This document shows positions 1 through 9,874 of a stretch of 64,000 nt of DNA, piece by piece. The stretch's first letter is position 1, and every line of letters begins with the position of its first letter. The notes below the pieces were generated by a model. That model did no database searches, had not been told where the DNA came from, and saw only the letters and a program-made list of their open reading frames with translations. This DNA is from Alphaproteobacteria bacterium (GTDB lineage: Bacteria; Pseudomonadota; Alphaproteobacteria; SHVV01), in contig OZ253470.1 in assembly GCA_965261735.1 (NCBI GenBank), positions 1-64,000 of the forward strand, in the 5' to 3' direction. The translations under genes were made by a program, and so were the position numbers.

Positions 1-573
1 GGGCTCCTCGTTGAGGATCGCCAGCCCGTTGACGGTGACGCCAGCGGCAACGGCGCGGTCGCGGGCGAGCGCCGGCAACCAGTCCTGGTTGGCACCGTCA
101 TTGGCGCTGCCGTCACCCGATACGTCGATGGTGCGACGCCGCGCGCGGAAGCCGCTCGACGAAAACAGTCGGAGCGCGTGGCCGATCGCTTCGCCAATCG
201 CGGTGCTGCCGCCGGGTACCACGCGCGGGGTCGCCGCCAGGACATCGGCGAGGGCCAGGGCGTCGGCGCTGTTACGGATCACGCGCCAATCGACGGCGAG
301 GCTGTGCATGCCGGGGCCCGACCATTGCAGCAGACAGACGGCGACGCCGCTATCGCCGGCGGCTTCGATCGCCCCGACCAGCCGCGGGTCGCGAAAGGCA
401 GCCGCGTAACCGGCCATCTGCAACCCGAACTCGCGCTCGTTGACGCTCCACGATCCGTCGACCGCGAGAACCAATTCGAGGTCGACGGCGGCGCCGTTGC
501 CCGCCGCCGCCGCCGCGAGCACGCCGGCCACGACCGCCGACAGCACCACGCGCAAGGGCCGCGCGAAAGCCAC
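1..573 (-). CDS. DUF1194 (vWA-like) exported protein, 3' end runs off the window
   Basis: Not in the ORF track. Manual translation from GTG 573 (GGAGG upstream) gives a signal-like N-terminus, then VDLELVLAVDGSWSVNEREFGL, paralogous to the neighbouring gene. Confidence 0.85.
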   Translation of the reverse strand, partial: MAFARPLRVVLSAVVAGVLAAAAAGNGAAVDLELVLAVDGSWSVNEREFGLQMAGYAAAFRDPRLVGAIEAAGDSGVAVCLLQWSGPGMHSLAVDWRVIRNSADALALADVLAATPRVVPGGSTAIGEAIGHALRLFSSSGFRARRRTIDVSGDGSANDGANQDWLPALARDRAVAAGVTVNGLAILNEEP

Positions 574-577
574 CGCC

Positions 578-1306
578 CTAGCCCTCCGGCATGGCCGCCG
601 CGAGCGCCCTCGGCAGGTCGGCCCCAGCGATCGCGCCGCCTGAAATCTCGCGGATCAGCTTGCGTATCATGGCCCTAGCAAATGCGTGATAGTCCTGCGC
701 GACCTCGACGAAGGCCGCCGGCCCGCCGATGACATGGGTGAGATAATAGCGCTCCAGGTCGGCTTCGTCGTTCAAGATGACGAGCCCATTGATGGTGATG
801 CCGGAGGCCACGGCGGCGTCACGCGCGCGACTCGGCGCCCCTCCCGAGCTCGCGCGGCCGTCGCCCGAGATGTCGATCGCTCTGCGGCGCGCCTCATGGC
901 GGCTGCCTTCGATCCGGCCCCGCGCATAGTCGATCGCACCGCCGATGCCGGTCGTGCCGCCGATGATGAGGCGCGGCATCGCGGCCAGACTGTCGGCAAA
1001 CGCAGCGGCCGACACGGCGTCGGCGACAAGGGTCCAGTCGACTGCCGTGACCTGCTCCGCCGCGTCGGCCCATTGCATCGCGAGGACGGCAATCCCCCGA
1101 CCACCCGCCTGTCCGAGGGCGCGAACGAGCCTGGGATCGCGAAAGGCGGCGGCCAATCCGCCGACCTGAAGGCCGAATTCCTCGTAGTTGACGCTGGTCG
1201 AGACGTCGATCCCGAGAACCAGCTCAACATCGACCGATGCCGACCGGGCGGAGAGGGGAGCCGCCAGGCATAGGAGCGCGGCAAGGCTCACCCAGGCGAT
1301 TCGCAC
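578..1306 (-). CDS. DUF1194 (vWA-like) exported protein
   Basis: Signal peptide, VDVELVLGIDVSTSV (MIDAS-like DxSxS), IDISGDG, VIGGPAAFV, RKLIREI motifs. Confidence 0.88.
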   Translation of the reverse strand: MRIAWVSLAALLCLAAPLSARSASVDVELVLGIDVSTSVNYEEFGLQVGGLAAAFRDPRLVRALGQAGGRGIAVLAMQWADAAEQVTAVDWTLVADAVSAAAFADSLAAMPRLIIGGTTGIGGAIDYARGRIEGSRHEARRRAIDISGDGRASSGGAPSRARDAAVASGITINGLVILNDEADLERYYLTHVIGGPAAFVEVAQDYHAFARAMIRKLIREISGGAIAGADLPRALAAAMPEG

Positions 1307-1313
1307 GCCAGTC

Positions 1314-2105
1314 CTACCAGCGATTGCGCAACTCGCGCAGTCGCAGAAAAACCTCCTTTGGCGAGGGTTCGTCGGGCAGATCGGGAAAGGCCTCTCTCAG
1401 GCGCGCGATGACCGAGGGGCTGTGGAGGCGGAAGAAGGCGTTGATCTCCTTCTCGAGCCCGAGGGTCGTGACCAGCGCATCATGAGGATCCTGCTCCTCG
1501 ATTTCACCGAGCATCGCGGCGGCTTTCGCGTTGTCGGGCTCGCGGTCGAGCGTGAAGCCGAGATTGTTCGCGATGTAGTCATGCCCGGGATAGATCAGCG
1601 TATCGTCCGGCAGGCGGGCGAGCTGGTCGGCGAAGGTCTGGTAGAGAGCCTCGGGGTGGCCGCCGCCGTGGCAGTTGCCGGCGCCCGCGTTGAACAGGGT
1701 GTCGCCACACAGCAGCGCCGGCCGATCGCCGTGCGCCTGCAGGCACACGTGTGACATGGTATGGCCCGGGGTATCCAGCGCTTCGAGCTCGACGGTCTTG
1801 CCGATCTTCACCACGTCACCGGCGCCGAGGCCCCGGTCGATGCCCTCGATGCGCTCCTTCGCGCCGGCATGGGCCAGTAGCTTGGCACCGGTCGCCGCGA
1901 TCATCGCGTCGTTGCCGCCCGTGTGGTCGCGGTGCTCGTGGGTGTTGAGAATGTGGGTGACTTCCCAGCCCTTCTCTTTCGCCGTGCGCAGGCACAGCGC
2001 CGACTCCAGTGGATCGATCGCCAGGGCCTCGCCGGTCTCGCCGCAGGCAATCAGGTAGTTGAAGTTGCGGTAGGCGTTGTCGGTGTAGATCTGTTCGATG
2101 ATCAC
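1314..2105 (-). CDS. gloB: Hydroxyacylglutathione hydrolase (glyoxalase II)-family metallo-beta-lactamase-fold protein
   Basis: THEHRDHTGG, TPGHT, CGDTLF, YPGHDY, EKEINAF, LRELRNRW motifs. Confidence 0.85.
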   Translation of the reverse strand: MIIEQIYTDNAYRNFNYLIACGETGEALAIDPLESALCLRTAKEKGWEVTHILNTHEHRDHTGGNDAMIAATGAKLLAHAGAKERIEGIDRGLGAGDVVKIGKTVELEALDTPGHTMSHVCLQAHGDRPALLCGDTLFNAGAGNCHGGGHPEALYQTFADQLARLPDDTLIYPGHDYIANNLGFTLDREPDNAKAAAMLGEIEEQDPHDALVTTLGLEKEINAFFRLHSPSVIARLREAFPDLPDEPSPKEVFLRLRELRNRW

Positions 2106-2120
2106 GGATGGTCTCCTGCG

Positions 2121-3308
2121 TCACGACGTGGCGGTCGCGGGCGGCAGCGCCGTCTCCACCAGCCGCACCCAGTAGCTGGCGCCCACGGTCAGCACCTCGT
2201 CGTTGAAGTCATAGTGCGGATTGTGCAGCGTGCAGCCCCCGTCCCCGGCGCCGTTGCCGAGCCAGATGTAGGCGCCGGGCCTCTCCTGCAGCATGAAGGC
2301 GAAGTCCTCGGCCCCCATGAGGGCGGCAAACTGGCGCGCGACGTTGTCCTCGCCGGCGACGTCGGCGGCGACGCGCGCCGCCAGCGCGGCCTCGTCGGGG
2401 GTGTTGACGGTGGGCGGATAGCGCCGCTCGTAATGCAGGTCGAAGGTGGCGCCGCCCGCCTCGGTGATACCGGCAACGATGCGGCGGACGGCGGGCTCGA
2501 GGCCGTCATGGACCTCGGGCGTGAGCGCGCGCGTGGTGCCGCGGAGAACCGCCTCGTCGGGAATGACGTTCCAGGTATGGCCGGCGGCGATCTGGGTGAC
2601 GCTGACGACCGCCGACTCGACGGGATCGGTGGCGCGGCTCACGATCGTCTGAAGGGCGGTGACGATGTGCGCGGCAATGACCACCGGATCGACCCCGAGA
2701 TGCGGCATCGCCGCGTGCGCACCCTTGCCCTTCACCGTGATCTCGAAGGTATCGAACGCCGCCATCATCGGCCCCGGCTGGACGGCAAAGGTGCCGGTCG
2801 GCATTCCCGGCATGTTGTGCATGCCGAATACCGCCTCGGCCGGGAAGCGCTCGAACAGCCCCTGCTCGACCATGACGCGGCCGCCGCCTTCGTTCTCCTC
2901 CGCGGGCTGGAAGATGAAGTGAACGGTGCCGGCAAAGTTGGCGGTTTCCGCGAGATAGCGGGCGGCGCCGAGGAGCATGGCCGAGTGGCCGTCGTGGCCG
3001 CACCCGTGCATCTTTCCGGCATGGGTCGAGCGGTGGGCGAAGGTGTTCTTCTCCTCGAGCTCGAGCGCGTCCATGTCCGCGCGCAGCGCTATCGCCTGGC
3101 CCGTGTCGGCGCCCTTGCCGCGCAGGCTGGCGACGACCCCGGTGCCGGCGAGGCCGCGGTGGACCTCCAGGCCCATTCCGGCGAGCAAGCGGGCCACGAT
3201 ATCCGCCGTGCGGTGCTCCTCGAACGCAATCTCGGGGTGGGCGTGTAGGTCGCGCCGCCACGCCGTCATGTCGGCGTGGAAGTCGGCGATGCGGTTGACG
3301 ATGGGCAT
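2121..3308 (-). CDS. M20D family amidohydrolase (hippurate hydrolase-like)
   Basis: Start placed at MPIVNRIAD (ATG 3308); HAHPEIAFEE, LRADMDAL, MHGCGHDGH, FQPAEE, GAEDF, LHNPHYDFND. Confidence 0.92.
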   Translation of the reverse strand: MPIVNRIADFHADMTAWRRDLHAHPEIAFEEHRTADIVARLLAGMGLEVHRGLAGTGVVASLRGKGADTGQAIALRADMDALELEEKNTFAHRSTHAGKMHGCGHDGHSAMLLGAARYLAETANFAGTVHFIFQPAEENEGGGRVMVEQGLFERFPAEAVFGMHNMPGMPTGTFAVQPGPMMAAFDTFEITVKGKGAHAAMPHLGVDPVVIAAHIVTALQTIVSRATDPVESAVVSVTQIAAGHTWNVIPDEAVLRGTTRALTPEVHDGLEPAVRRIVAGITEAGGATFDLHYERRYPPTVNTPDEAALAARVAADVAGEDNVARQFAALMGAEDFAFMLQERPGAYIWLGNGAGDGGCTLHNPHYDFNDEVLTVGASYWVRLVETALPPATATS

Positions 3309-3322
3309 GGCGGCTCCAGGGC

Positions 3323-4546
3323 CTATTCGCCGGCCGCGGCGGCCACAGGCGGTTGCCGTCGAACCGCCAGCGCGGACAAGCCGGCGACCACAAACATAGC
3401 GGCCAGCGCGGGGAACAGCCACCGCGAATAGCCGGCATCGATCATCGCGCCGATCGAGATCGGCACAATGGCACCGCCGACATCGAGGCCCGAATAAACG
3501 AAACCGAAGACCTTGCCGGTCGAGCCCTCCGGCGCCACGCGGCGCACGATCATGTCGCGCGAGGGCATGACCGAGCCGAAGAGGAAGCCGGTGACGGCCA
3601 TGATCGCGCCCAGCGTGAGCGTCGGCATGGGCACGCTGCCCGCGAGAAACAACAACAAGCCGGCGGTGCTCAGGGCAAAGAGCGCGAGCCGGTCGTGATG
3701 GCGCGTCCGGTCGGCGGCATAGCCCCCCGGCAGGATTCCGGCGACGAAACCGGCTAGAAAGGCCGTGAGAATGCTGTTGGCCGCCGTCAACGGGATGCCG
3801 TGGTCGGTGTGGAGCACGGTGACCGAGAACGCTTGGAACCCGATGACGACCATGGCGATCAGCACGAAGAAGGCAAAGCACAGCAGCACCGGGGGCGACG
3901 CGAGAAGGCGCACGTCGGCAAGGCTGAAGCCGGGGGCGCCGGTGCTCGCCTTGTGCGCGGCGCGCGTATCGTCGACGAGCACGCCGCGCTGGGCGATGAG
4001 GACCGCGGTGACGGCGAGGCCGGCCGCGCCGGCGACAATCACCGCGGCCCGCCAGTTCCACAGCGTCGCCAGCGCCACCATCGTGAACGGCGCGACCATC
4101 CAGCCCGCATTGCCGGTAACCGAATGCATACCGTAGGCGCGGCCGAGGCGATCCTTGCCTACGGCCGCCGCTAGAATCGCGAAATCGGCGGGGTGGAAGA
4201 CGCTGTTGCCGAGGCCGGCGAGCGCCATCAGCGGCAGCGCCCAAGCGTATGAGGGCACGACCCCGACGAGCAGTATCGACCCCGAGAGGAGCGCGGCACC
4301 AGCCAGCAGCAGCCGGTGGGCGCCGTAACGGTCGACAAGGAAGCCGGCCGCGGTTTGGCCCACGCCCGAGGCCAGGTAAAAGACGCTCATCAGCAGGCCG
4401 AGCTCGGCGAAGCCGACGCCATAAGTAACGCTGAGCAAAGGAAACAACGGCGGCAACGCCAATTGGTAGAAATGGCTGAAGAAATGCGCCGAACACAGGA
4501 GCGCGATCACGCGGGCGGCTGAGCGTGGCTGGACGGCGTCTTGCAT
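3323..4546 (-). CDS. MFS transporter (Fsr-like)
   Basis: About 12 hydrophobic segments; GFLVDRYG motif A; GLGNSVFHP. Confidence 0.88.
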   Translation of the reverse strand: MQDAVQPRSAARVIALLCSAHFFSHFYQLALPPLFPLLSVTYGVGFAELGLLMSVFYLASGVGQTAAGFLVDRYGAHRLLLAGAALLSGSILLVGVVPSYAWALPLMALAGLGNSVFHPADFAILAAAVGKDRLGRAYGMHSVTGNAGWMVAPFTMVALATLWNWRAAVIVAGAAGLAVTAVLIAQRGVLVDDTRAAHKASTGAPGFSLADVRLLASPPVLLCFAFFVLIAMVVIGFQAFSVTVLHTDHGIPLTAANSILTAFLAGFVAGILPGGYAADRTRHHDRLALFALSTAGLLLFLAGSVPMPTLTLGAIMAVTGFLFGSVMPSRDMIVRRVAPEGSTGKVFGFVYSGLDVGGAIVPISIGAMIDAGYSRWLFPALAAMFVVAGLSALAVRRQPPVAAAAGE

Positions 4547-4755
4547 GGGCTGGCGGCGCGAGTGTGAGCGGTCCGGGTTGCGGGCGTGCCTGGCTGAACG
4601 GGTGCGGCCGGCGCAGCCCCGACGGTCGGGCGCTCGACCTTAACACGGAAGCGGCGTGCGGCTAGATATGGCGGCCGCCGCCGCGATTGCTGGGTATCGA
4701 CGGAATCGGGTAGGCTCTACCGTCGGTTGTTTCGGTCGTGGTGTTTGGTGCCTAA

Positions 4756-4898
4756 GGTGGTCCGCCAAAAAGGGGGTGCCGGCCCAAATCATGGCTTCCT
4801 CGAAGCTTTTCATGGTCCTCGAAGCCCTGGACCTGCCTGAAAAGAGGCCCCACGGGTCGGACCTTGGGACCCCGCGGCGTGGGAGGACGGACCCCACC
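4756..4898 (-). ncRNA. Candidate structured RNA (unassigned sRNA or leader)
   Basis: Terminal stem GGUCCGUC/GGCGGACC (G-U compatible only on the minus strand) encloses four hairpins; lies next to an AT-rich promoter region; matches no family I recognise. Confidence 0.3.
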
Positions 4899-4941
4899 GG
4901 CCCCGTACTGTGGAGCGACACAAATCCATTTGCCGATTTGC

Positions 4942-4981
4942 TACATTTTCGATTAAAATGTATTGATGTGATATATAACAT
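4942..4981. promoter_or_regulatory. Operator-like inverted repeats upstream of padR, including ATGT-N8-ACAT
   Basis: TACATTTT-N5-AAAATGTA at 4942-4962 and ATGT-GATATATA-ACAT at 4966-4981, in an AT-rich patch. Confidence 0.55.
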
Positions 4982-5015
4982 TAAACCATAACGGAAATTC
5001 GAGGCTCCCCATTCT

Positions 5016-5555
5016 ATGGACGTTAGAACGCTCACCCTTGGCGTGCTCTCCCAAGGAGACGCCACGGGCTATGAAATCAAGAAGGCCTTCGAAGCTCACT
5101 ACAGCCACTTCTTCGAGGCGAGTTACGGCTCGATCTACCCGGCGCTCAATCGTCTCACGGGCGAGGGGCTCGTGGCCTGTACCGAGCACGCCCAGGCCAA
5201 ACGCCCGGACAAGAAGGTGTACACGATCACCCCGGCCGGCCGGCTCGCGTTCCTCGACGAGCTCATGGAGCCGCCCGGCCGTGACCGCGTGCGCTCGGAA
5301 TTCCTGGCCACCATGCTGTTCGGACAGTTGCTGCCCCCGCGACACCTCGAGCAGGTCATCGACGACCGCCTCGCGCTCTACCGCGAGTGGATCGCCCAAA
5401 TGGAGGCCAAATCGCCGAACGACGCGGCGGCCGGCCCCGCGTTCGTCCTCGGCTTTGGGCTCGCCGTATACCGCGCCGCGGCCGACTACGTGGACGAAAA
5501 CCGACACCTCGTCGAGGGTGAGGCCCTGTTATCTCACGCCGGCGTCGGCCGCTGA
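5016..5555 (+). CDS. PadR family transcriptional regulator
   Basis: TGYEIKK, ASYGSIYPAL, RPDKKVYTITPAG; AphA-like C-terminal domain. Confidence 0.92.
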   Translation: MDVRTLTLGVLSQGDATGYEIKKAFEAHYSHFFEASYGSIYPALNRLTGEGLVACTEHAQAKRPDKKVYTITPAGRLAFLDELMEPPGRDRVRSEFLATMLFGQLLPPRHLEQVIDDRLALYREWIAQMEAKSPNDAAAGPAFVLGFGLAVYRAAADYVDENRHLVEGEALLSHAGVGR

Positions 5556-5603
5556 GGTCACGCCACCTCGATCAGAAGCCTGCGCCCGCACATCGAGAGC
5601 CCG

Positions 5604-6716
5604 ATGAAAAGATCGCTGATCCTAGCCGCCATCATTGCCATTGGGGTCGCCGCCTGGCTCGCCTCGGGGCAGTTTTCCAACGGCGCCGGGACGCTCACCG
5701 GAGCCCCCGAGGCCGACCCTGCCGAAACGGCGAAAGCCGCGGTGGTTGTGGAGCCCGGCGCACCGATGGCGGTGCGCGTCCGGACCCAGACCGCGCAGCG
5801 CCGGTCGCGCGAGATCGTCGTGCGCGGACGCACCGACGTGGTGCGCGAAGTCGACGTCAAGTCGGAAATCGCGGCCCGCGTCACCGCCGTGCTCGTGGAG
5901 GAGGGTGCGCGCGTCAAGCGCAACCAGGTGATCGCCCGCCTTGACATGCGCGATCGCGCCTCGCGGCTCGAGGAGGTCAAGGCGCTCGTACGCCAGCGCG
6001 AGATCGAGTACGAGGCCGCCAAGGCGTTGGCGAGGAAGGGCTATCGCGCCGAGACCAAGCACGCCGAGGCGGTCACCCTGATGCGATCGGCCGAGGCTCA
6101 GAAGGCGCGCCTCGAGGTCGAAATCGGGCATACCTTCCTGCGCGCGCCCTTCGATGGCGTGCTGGAAAAGCGCTACGCCGAGCTTGGCGACTTCCTCAAG
6201 GACGGCAATCCGGTCGCGCGCGTCGTCGATACCGACCCGCTCCTCGTCGTCGCCCAGGTGTCCGAGCGCGAGATCGGCTACCTGAAGCTCGGCGACCCGG
6301 CGCGCGTTGAGCTGGTTTCGGGCGAGACGCTCACCGGCAAGCTCGACTTCCTCGGGACCTCGGCCGACGAGGCGACGCGCACCTTTCGCATCGAGGTCGA
6401 GTTGCCCAACGCCGACCTTGCGCTGCGCGCCGGGGTTACCGCCGAGCTCGAGATATCGGTAGGCGAGATCGCCGCCCACCTGGTTTCCCCGGCCGTCCTC
6501 ACCCTGAACGATCAGGGCGCCCTCGGTATCAAGCTCATCGAAGGCGACGGGCGCGTCGCCTTCCACCGGGTCGAGATCCTGAGCGATGAAGCCGATGGCG
6601 TTTGGCTCGCCGGACTGCCCGACACCATCACGGTCATTACCGTGGGCCAGGAGTTCGTGCGCGACGGCGAGACCGTTCGGGCGGTACCGGAGTCGGCGAC
6701 CGGGTCGGCGTCATGA
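5604..6716 (+). CDS. RND efflux periplasmic adaptor subunit
   Basis: N-terminal anchor, lipoyl-like VEEGARV, coiled hairpin, LRAPFDG, TRTFRIE. Confidence 0.92.
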   Translation: MKRSLILAAIIAIGVAAWLASGQFSNGAGTLTGAPEADPAETAKAAVVVEPGAPMAVRVRTQTAQRRSREIVVRGRTDVVREVDVKSEIAARVTAVLVEEGARVKRNQVIARLDMRDRASRLEEVKALVRQREIEYEAAKALARKGYRAETKHAEAVTLMRSAEAQKARLEVEIGHTFLRAPFDGVLEKRYAELGDFLKDGNPVARVVDTDPLLVVAQVSEREIGYLKLGDPARVELVSGETLTGKLDFLGTSADEATRTFRIEVELPNADLALRAGVTAELEISVGEIAAHLVSPAVLTLNDQGALGIKLIEGDGRVAFHRVEILSDEADGVWLAGLPDTITVITVGQEFVRDGETVRAVPESATGSAS

Positions 6717-9700
6717 ACGCCGTGATCGACGCGGCGATCGAGCGCTCACGCACCGTCTTGCTGGCGCTGGCCCTGATTCTCATTGCCGGCGTCTTCACCT
6801 ACATCACGATTCCCAAGGAATCGGAACCCGATATCAATATTCCGATCATCTATGTGAGCATGTCGCACGAGGGCATCTCGCCCGAGGACGCCGAGCGCCT
6901 GCTGGTGCGGCCGATGGAGCAGGAGCTGCGTACGATCGAGGGCATCAAGGAAATGCGCTCGAACGCCAGCGAGGGCCATGCCTCGGTCCTGCTCGAGTTC
7001 GACGCCGGCTTCGACGCCGACGGCGCGCTCATCGACGTCCGTGAGAAAGTCGACATCGCCAAGGCGGAGTTGCCAACGGAGACCGACGAGCCCACGGTCA
7101 ATGAGGTCAACGTCGGTCTTTTCCCGGTCCTGGTGATCGCGCTTTCGGGCGACTTGCCGGAGCGTACGCTGCTGAAATATGCTCGCGACCTCGAGGAAGC
7201 GCTCGAGGGCCTACCGGGGGTGCTGTCCGCAGACATCGGCGGCGATCGCGACGAGCTCCTCGAGGTCCGGCTCGATGCGGTGCGGCTCGAGAGCTACAAC
7301 ATCTCGCAGCAGGAACTCCTCAACATCGTCACCCTGAACAACAGGCTGGTCGCGGCAGGTGCGCTCGATACCGGCGCGGGCCGCTTTGCCGTCAAGGTGC
7401 CGGGTCTGTTCAAGACCGCCCGCGACGTCCTCGACCTGCCGATCAAGGTGAACGGCGACGGCGTCGTCACGCTCGAAGACCTCACCGACGTGCGCCGCAC
7501 GTTCCGCGACGCCACCTCCTTCGCGCGGGTCGACGGGGTCAGGACCGTCACGCTGGAGATCCGCAAACGGCTCGGCTTCAACATCATCGAAACGATCGAC
7601 GATGCGCGCGCCCTGGTCGAGGCCGAGCGTAAGACCTGGCCCGCCAACCTCAACGTCACGATCTTCCAGGACAAGGCCGACGACGTGCGCACGCTGCTGC
7701 GCGACCTCCAGAATAACGTCATCGCCGCCATCATTCTTGTCATGGTCGTGGTGGTGGCGGCGCTCGGCCTGCGTTCGGCGGGCCTGGTCGGCATCGCCAT
7801 ACCGGGCTCGTTCCTGCTCGCCATTCTCTATCTCTCGATCTTCGGCCTGACGCTGAATTTCGTGGTCCTCTACAGCCTCATCCTGGCGGTCGGTATGTTG
7901 GTGGATGGCGCCATCGTCGTTACCGAGTACGCCGACCGCAAGATGGCCGAAGGCCACCACCGGCGCGTCGCTTATGCCGAGGCCGCCAAGCGCATGGCGT
8001 GGCCGATCATCGCCTCGACGGCCACGACCCTCGCGGCCTTCATGCCGCTGCTGTTCTGGCCGGGCATCGTCGGCGAGTTCATGAAGTTCCTGCCCATTAC
8101 TCTCCTGGTGGTGCTGTCGGGCTCACTTCTGATGGCCCTCATCTTCGTGCCCACGCTGGGGGCACAATTCGGCAAGGTCGGGGCGACGGACGCGAAGACG
8201 CTGCACACGCTGGCCGCGACCGAGACCGGTGATTTCAGCCTGCTCGGCGGTTTCACGGGCGTTTACGCACGCTCGCTGCATTGGCTGGTAAGCCGTACCT
8301 GGAGGGCAGCATCCATCGTCGCATTCAGCGTGCTGCTGCTCCTGGCCGTGCCGATCTATTACGCGGAGAACGGCAAGGGGGTGGAGTTCTTCCCCGACGT
8401 CGACCCCGACCAGGCGATCGTCCTCGTCCATGCCCGCGGCAACCTGTCGACGGACGAGCGCGATGCCTTGATGCGCGAGGTCGAGATGCGCGTCCTCGAA
8501 CTCGACGAATTCGATGCGGTGTACGCGCGCACCGGCGGCGGACTCGAGGGTCAGGATCTGTCGGCCGACACCATCGGCACCATCATGCTCGAGCTCAAGC
8601 CGTGGCAGGAGCGGCGCACGACCAACGAGATACTCGACGACCTGCGCGGCCGCACCAGCGACCTCGCCGGGATTCAGGTCGAAATGCGCAAGCCCGACTC
8701 GGGGCCTCCGACCGGCAAGGACATACGCATCCAGCTCGCCTCCCGCTTCCCCGAGGCGCTGGCGCCGGAGGCCGAGAAGATTCGCCGTCACCTCGATACG
8801 CTCGATGGCCTGATCGACATCGAGGACAGCCGTCCGATCCCGGGGATCGAGTGGCAGGTCCGGGTCGACCGCTCGCAAGCCGGGCGCTTCGGCGCCAACA
8901 TCCTGTCGGTCGGCAACGTGGTGCAGCTCGTCACCAACGGCATCAAGGTCGGCGAGTATCGCCCCAACGATGCCGATGAGGAGATCGACATCCGCGTGCG
9001 CTTCCCGCTCGACGAGCGCAACGTCAATCAGATCGATTCGCTGCGGGTGCAAACCGCGGACGGGCTGGTGCCGATCAGCAATTTCGTGACCCGGACGCCC
9101 GAGCCCAAGGTCGGCAGCATTTCGCGCGTGGACGGCCGCCGCGTTCTCGAGGTCCAGGCTAACGTCGTCCCGGGCGTGCTCGCCGACGACAAGGTGAGGG
9201 AAATCAGCGCCTGGCTCGAGGGGGCGGGTATTAACCCCCTGGTCGACATCACGTTCAAAGGCGCCGACGAGGAGCAGAAGGCCGCGATCGAGTTCCTCAG
9301 CAAGGCCTTCCTGGTGGCGCTTTTCATCATGGCGATCATCCTGGTGACCCAGTTCAACAGCTTCTACCAAGCGTTCCTGATCCTGACCGCGGTCGTCATG
9401 TCGACCATCGGCGTCATGATCGGCCTACTGGTCATGGATCAACCGTTCGGCGTCGTCATGACCGGCGTCGGCATCATCACCCTGGCGGGTGTCGTCGTGA
9501 ACAACAACATCGTGCTGATCGACACCTTCGACCGCCTGCGCGATACGGGGATGGATCAGCGCGAGGCCATCGTGCGCACCGGCGCCCAGCGCCTCAGGCC
9601 CGTCCTGCTGACGGCGATCACGACCGTTTTCGGGCTGCTGCCGATGGTCCTCGGCGTCAACATCGACTTTTTCACCCGCGAAATGACGATTGGCGCGCCG

Positions 9701-9874
9701 TCGTCGCAATGGTGGATTCAGCTCTCGACCGCGGTCGCGAGCGGCCTCACGTTCGCGACGCTGCTCACCCTCGTCGTCACGCCGTGTCTGCTGTCACTAG
9801 GCGTGTCGAGCAGCGAGTTGATCGAGCGCCTGCGCGGCGGCACGCCGCTCCCCGCCCCGGCCCCCGCCGAATAG
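6713..9874 (+). CDS. RND efflux permease (AcrB/AcrD/AcrF family)
   Basis: ATG 6713 overlaps the adaptor stop (ATGA); GMLVDGAIVVTE, VVNNNIVL, RLRPVLLT. Confidence 0.95.
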   Translation: MNAVIDAAIERSRTVLLALALILIAGVFTYITIPKESEPDINIPIIYVSMSHEGISPEDAERLLVRPMEQELRTIEGIKEMRSNASEGHASVLLEFDAGFDADGALIDVREKVDIAKAELPTETDEPTVNEVNVGLFPVLVIALSGDLPERTLLKYARDLEEALEGLPGVLSADIGGDRDELLEVRLDAVRLESYNISQQELLNIVTLNNRLVAAGALDTGAGRFAVKVPGLFKTARDVLDLPIKVNGDGVVTLEDLTDVRRTFRDATSFARVDGVRTVTLEIRKRLGFNIIETIDDARALVEAERKTWPANLNVTIFQDKADDVRTLLRDLQNNVIAAIILVMVVVVAALGLRSAGLVGIAIPGSFLLAILYLSIFGLTLNFVVLYSLILAVGMLVDGAIVVTEYADRKMAEGHHRRVAYAEAAKRMAWPIIASTATTLAAFMPLLFWPGIVGEFMKFLPITLLVVLSGSLLMALIFVPTLGAQFGKVGATDAKTLHTLAATETGDFSLLGGFTGVYARSLHWLVSRTWRAASIVAFSVLLLLAVPIYYAENGKGVEFFPDVDPDQAIVLVHARGNLSTDERDALMREVEMRVLELDEFDAVYARTGGGLEGQDLSADTIGTIMLELKPWQERRTTNEILDDLRGRTSDLAGIQVEMRKPDSGPPTGKDIRIQLASRFPEALAPEAEKIRRHLDTLDGLIDIEDSRPIPGIEWQVRVDRSQAGRFGANILSVGNVVQLVTNGIKVGEYRPNDADEEIDIRVRFPLDERNVNQIDSLRVQTADGLVPISNFVTRTPEPKVGSISRVDGRRVLEVQANVVPGVLADDKVREISAWLEGAGINPLVDITFKGADEEQKAAIEFLSKAFLVALFIMAIILVTQFNSFYQAFLILTAVVMSTIGVMIGLLVMDQPFGVVMTGVGIITLAGVVVNNNIVLIDTFDRLRDTGMDQREAIVRTGAQRLRPVLLTAITTVFGLLPMVLGVNIDFFTREMTIGAPSSQWWIQLSTAVASGLTFATLLTLVVTPCLLSLGVSSSELIERLRGGTPLPAPAPAE

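Noticed and set aside
2121-4646. 841-aa ORF as an extended M20 hydrolase
   Set aside because: The first ~445 aa are an R/P-rich shadow frame over the MFS gene; the real protein starts at 3308
4756-4898. 6S RNA, SRP RNA or tmRNA identity for the structured region
   Set aside because: Lacks the SRP tetraloop motif, the tmRNA tRNA-like ends and the alpha 6S conserved sequence as I recall them
4640-5065. 141-aa ORF in the intergenic region
   Set aside because: No motifs, overlaps padR and the AT-rich operator; only a short leader-peptide possibility is kept in findings
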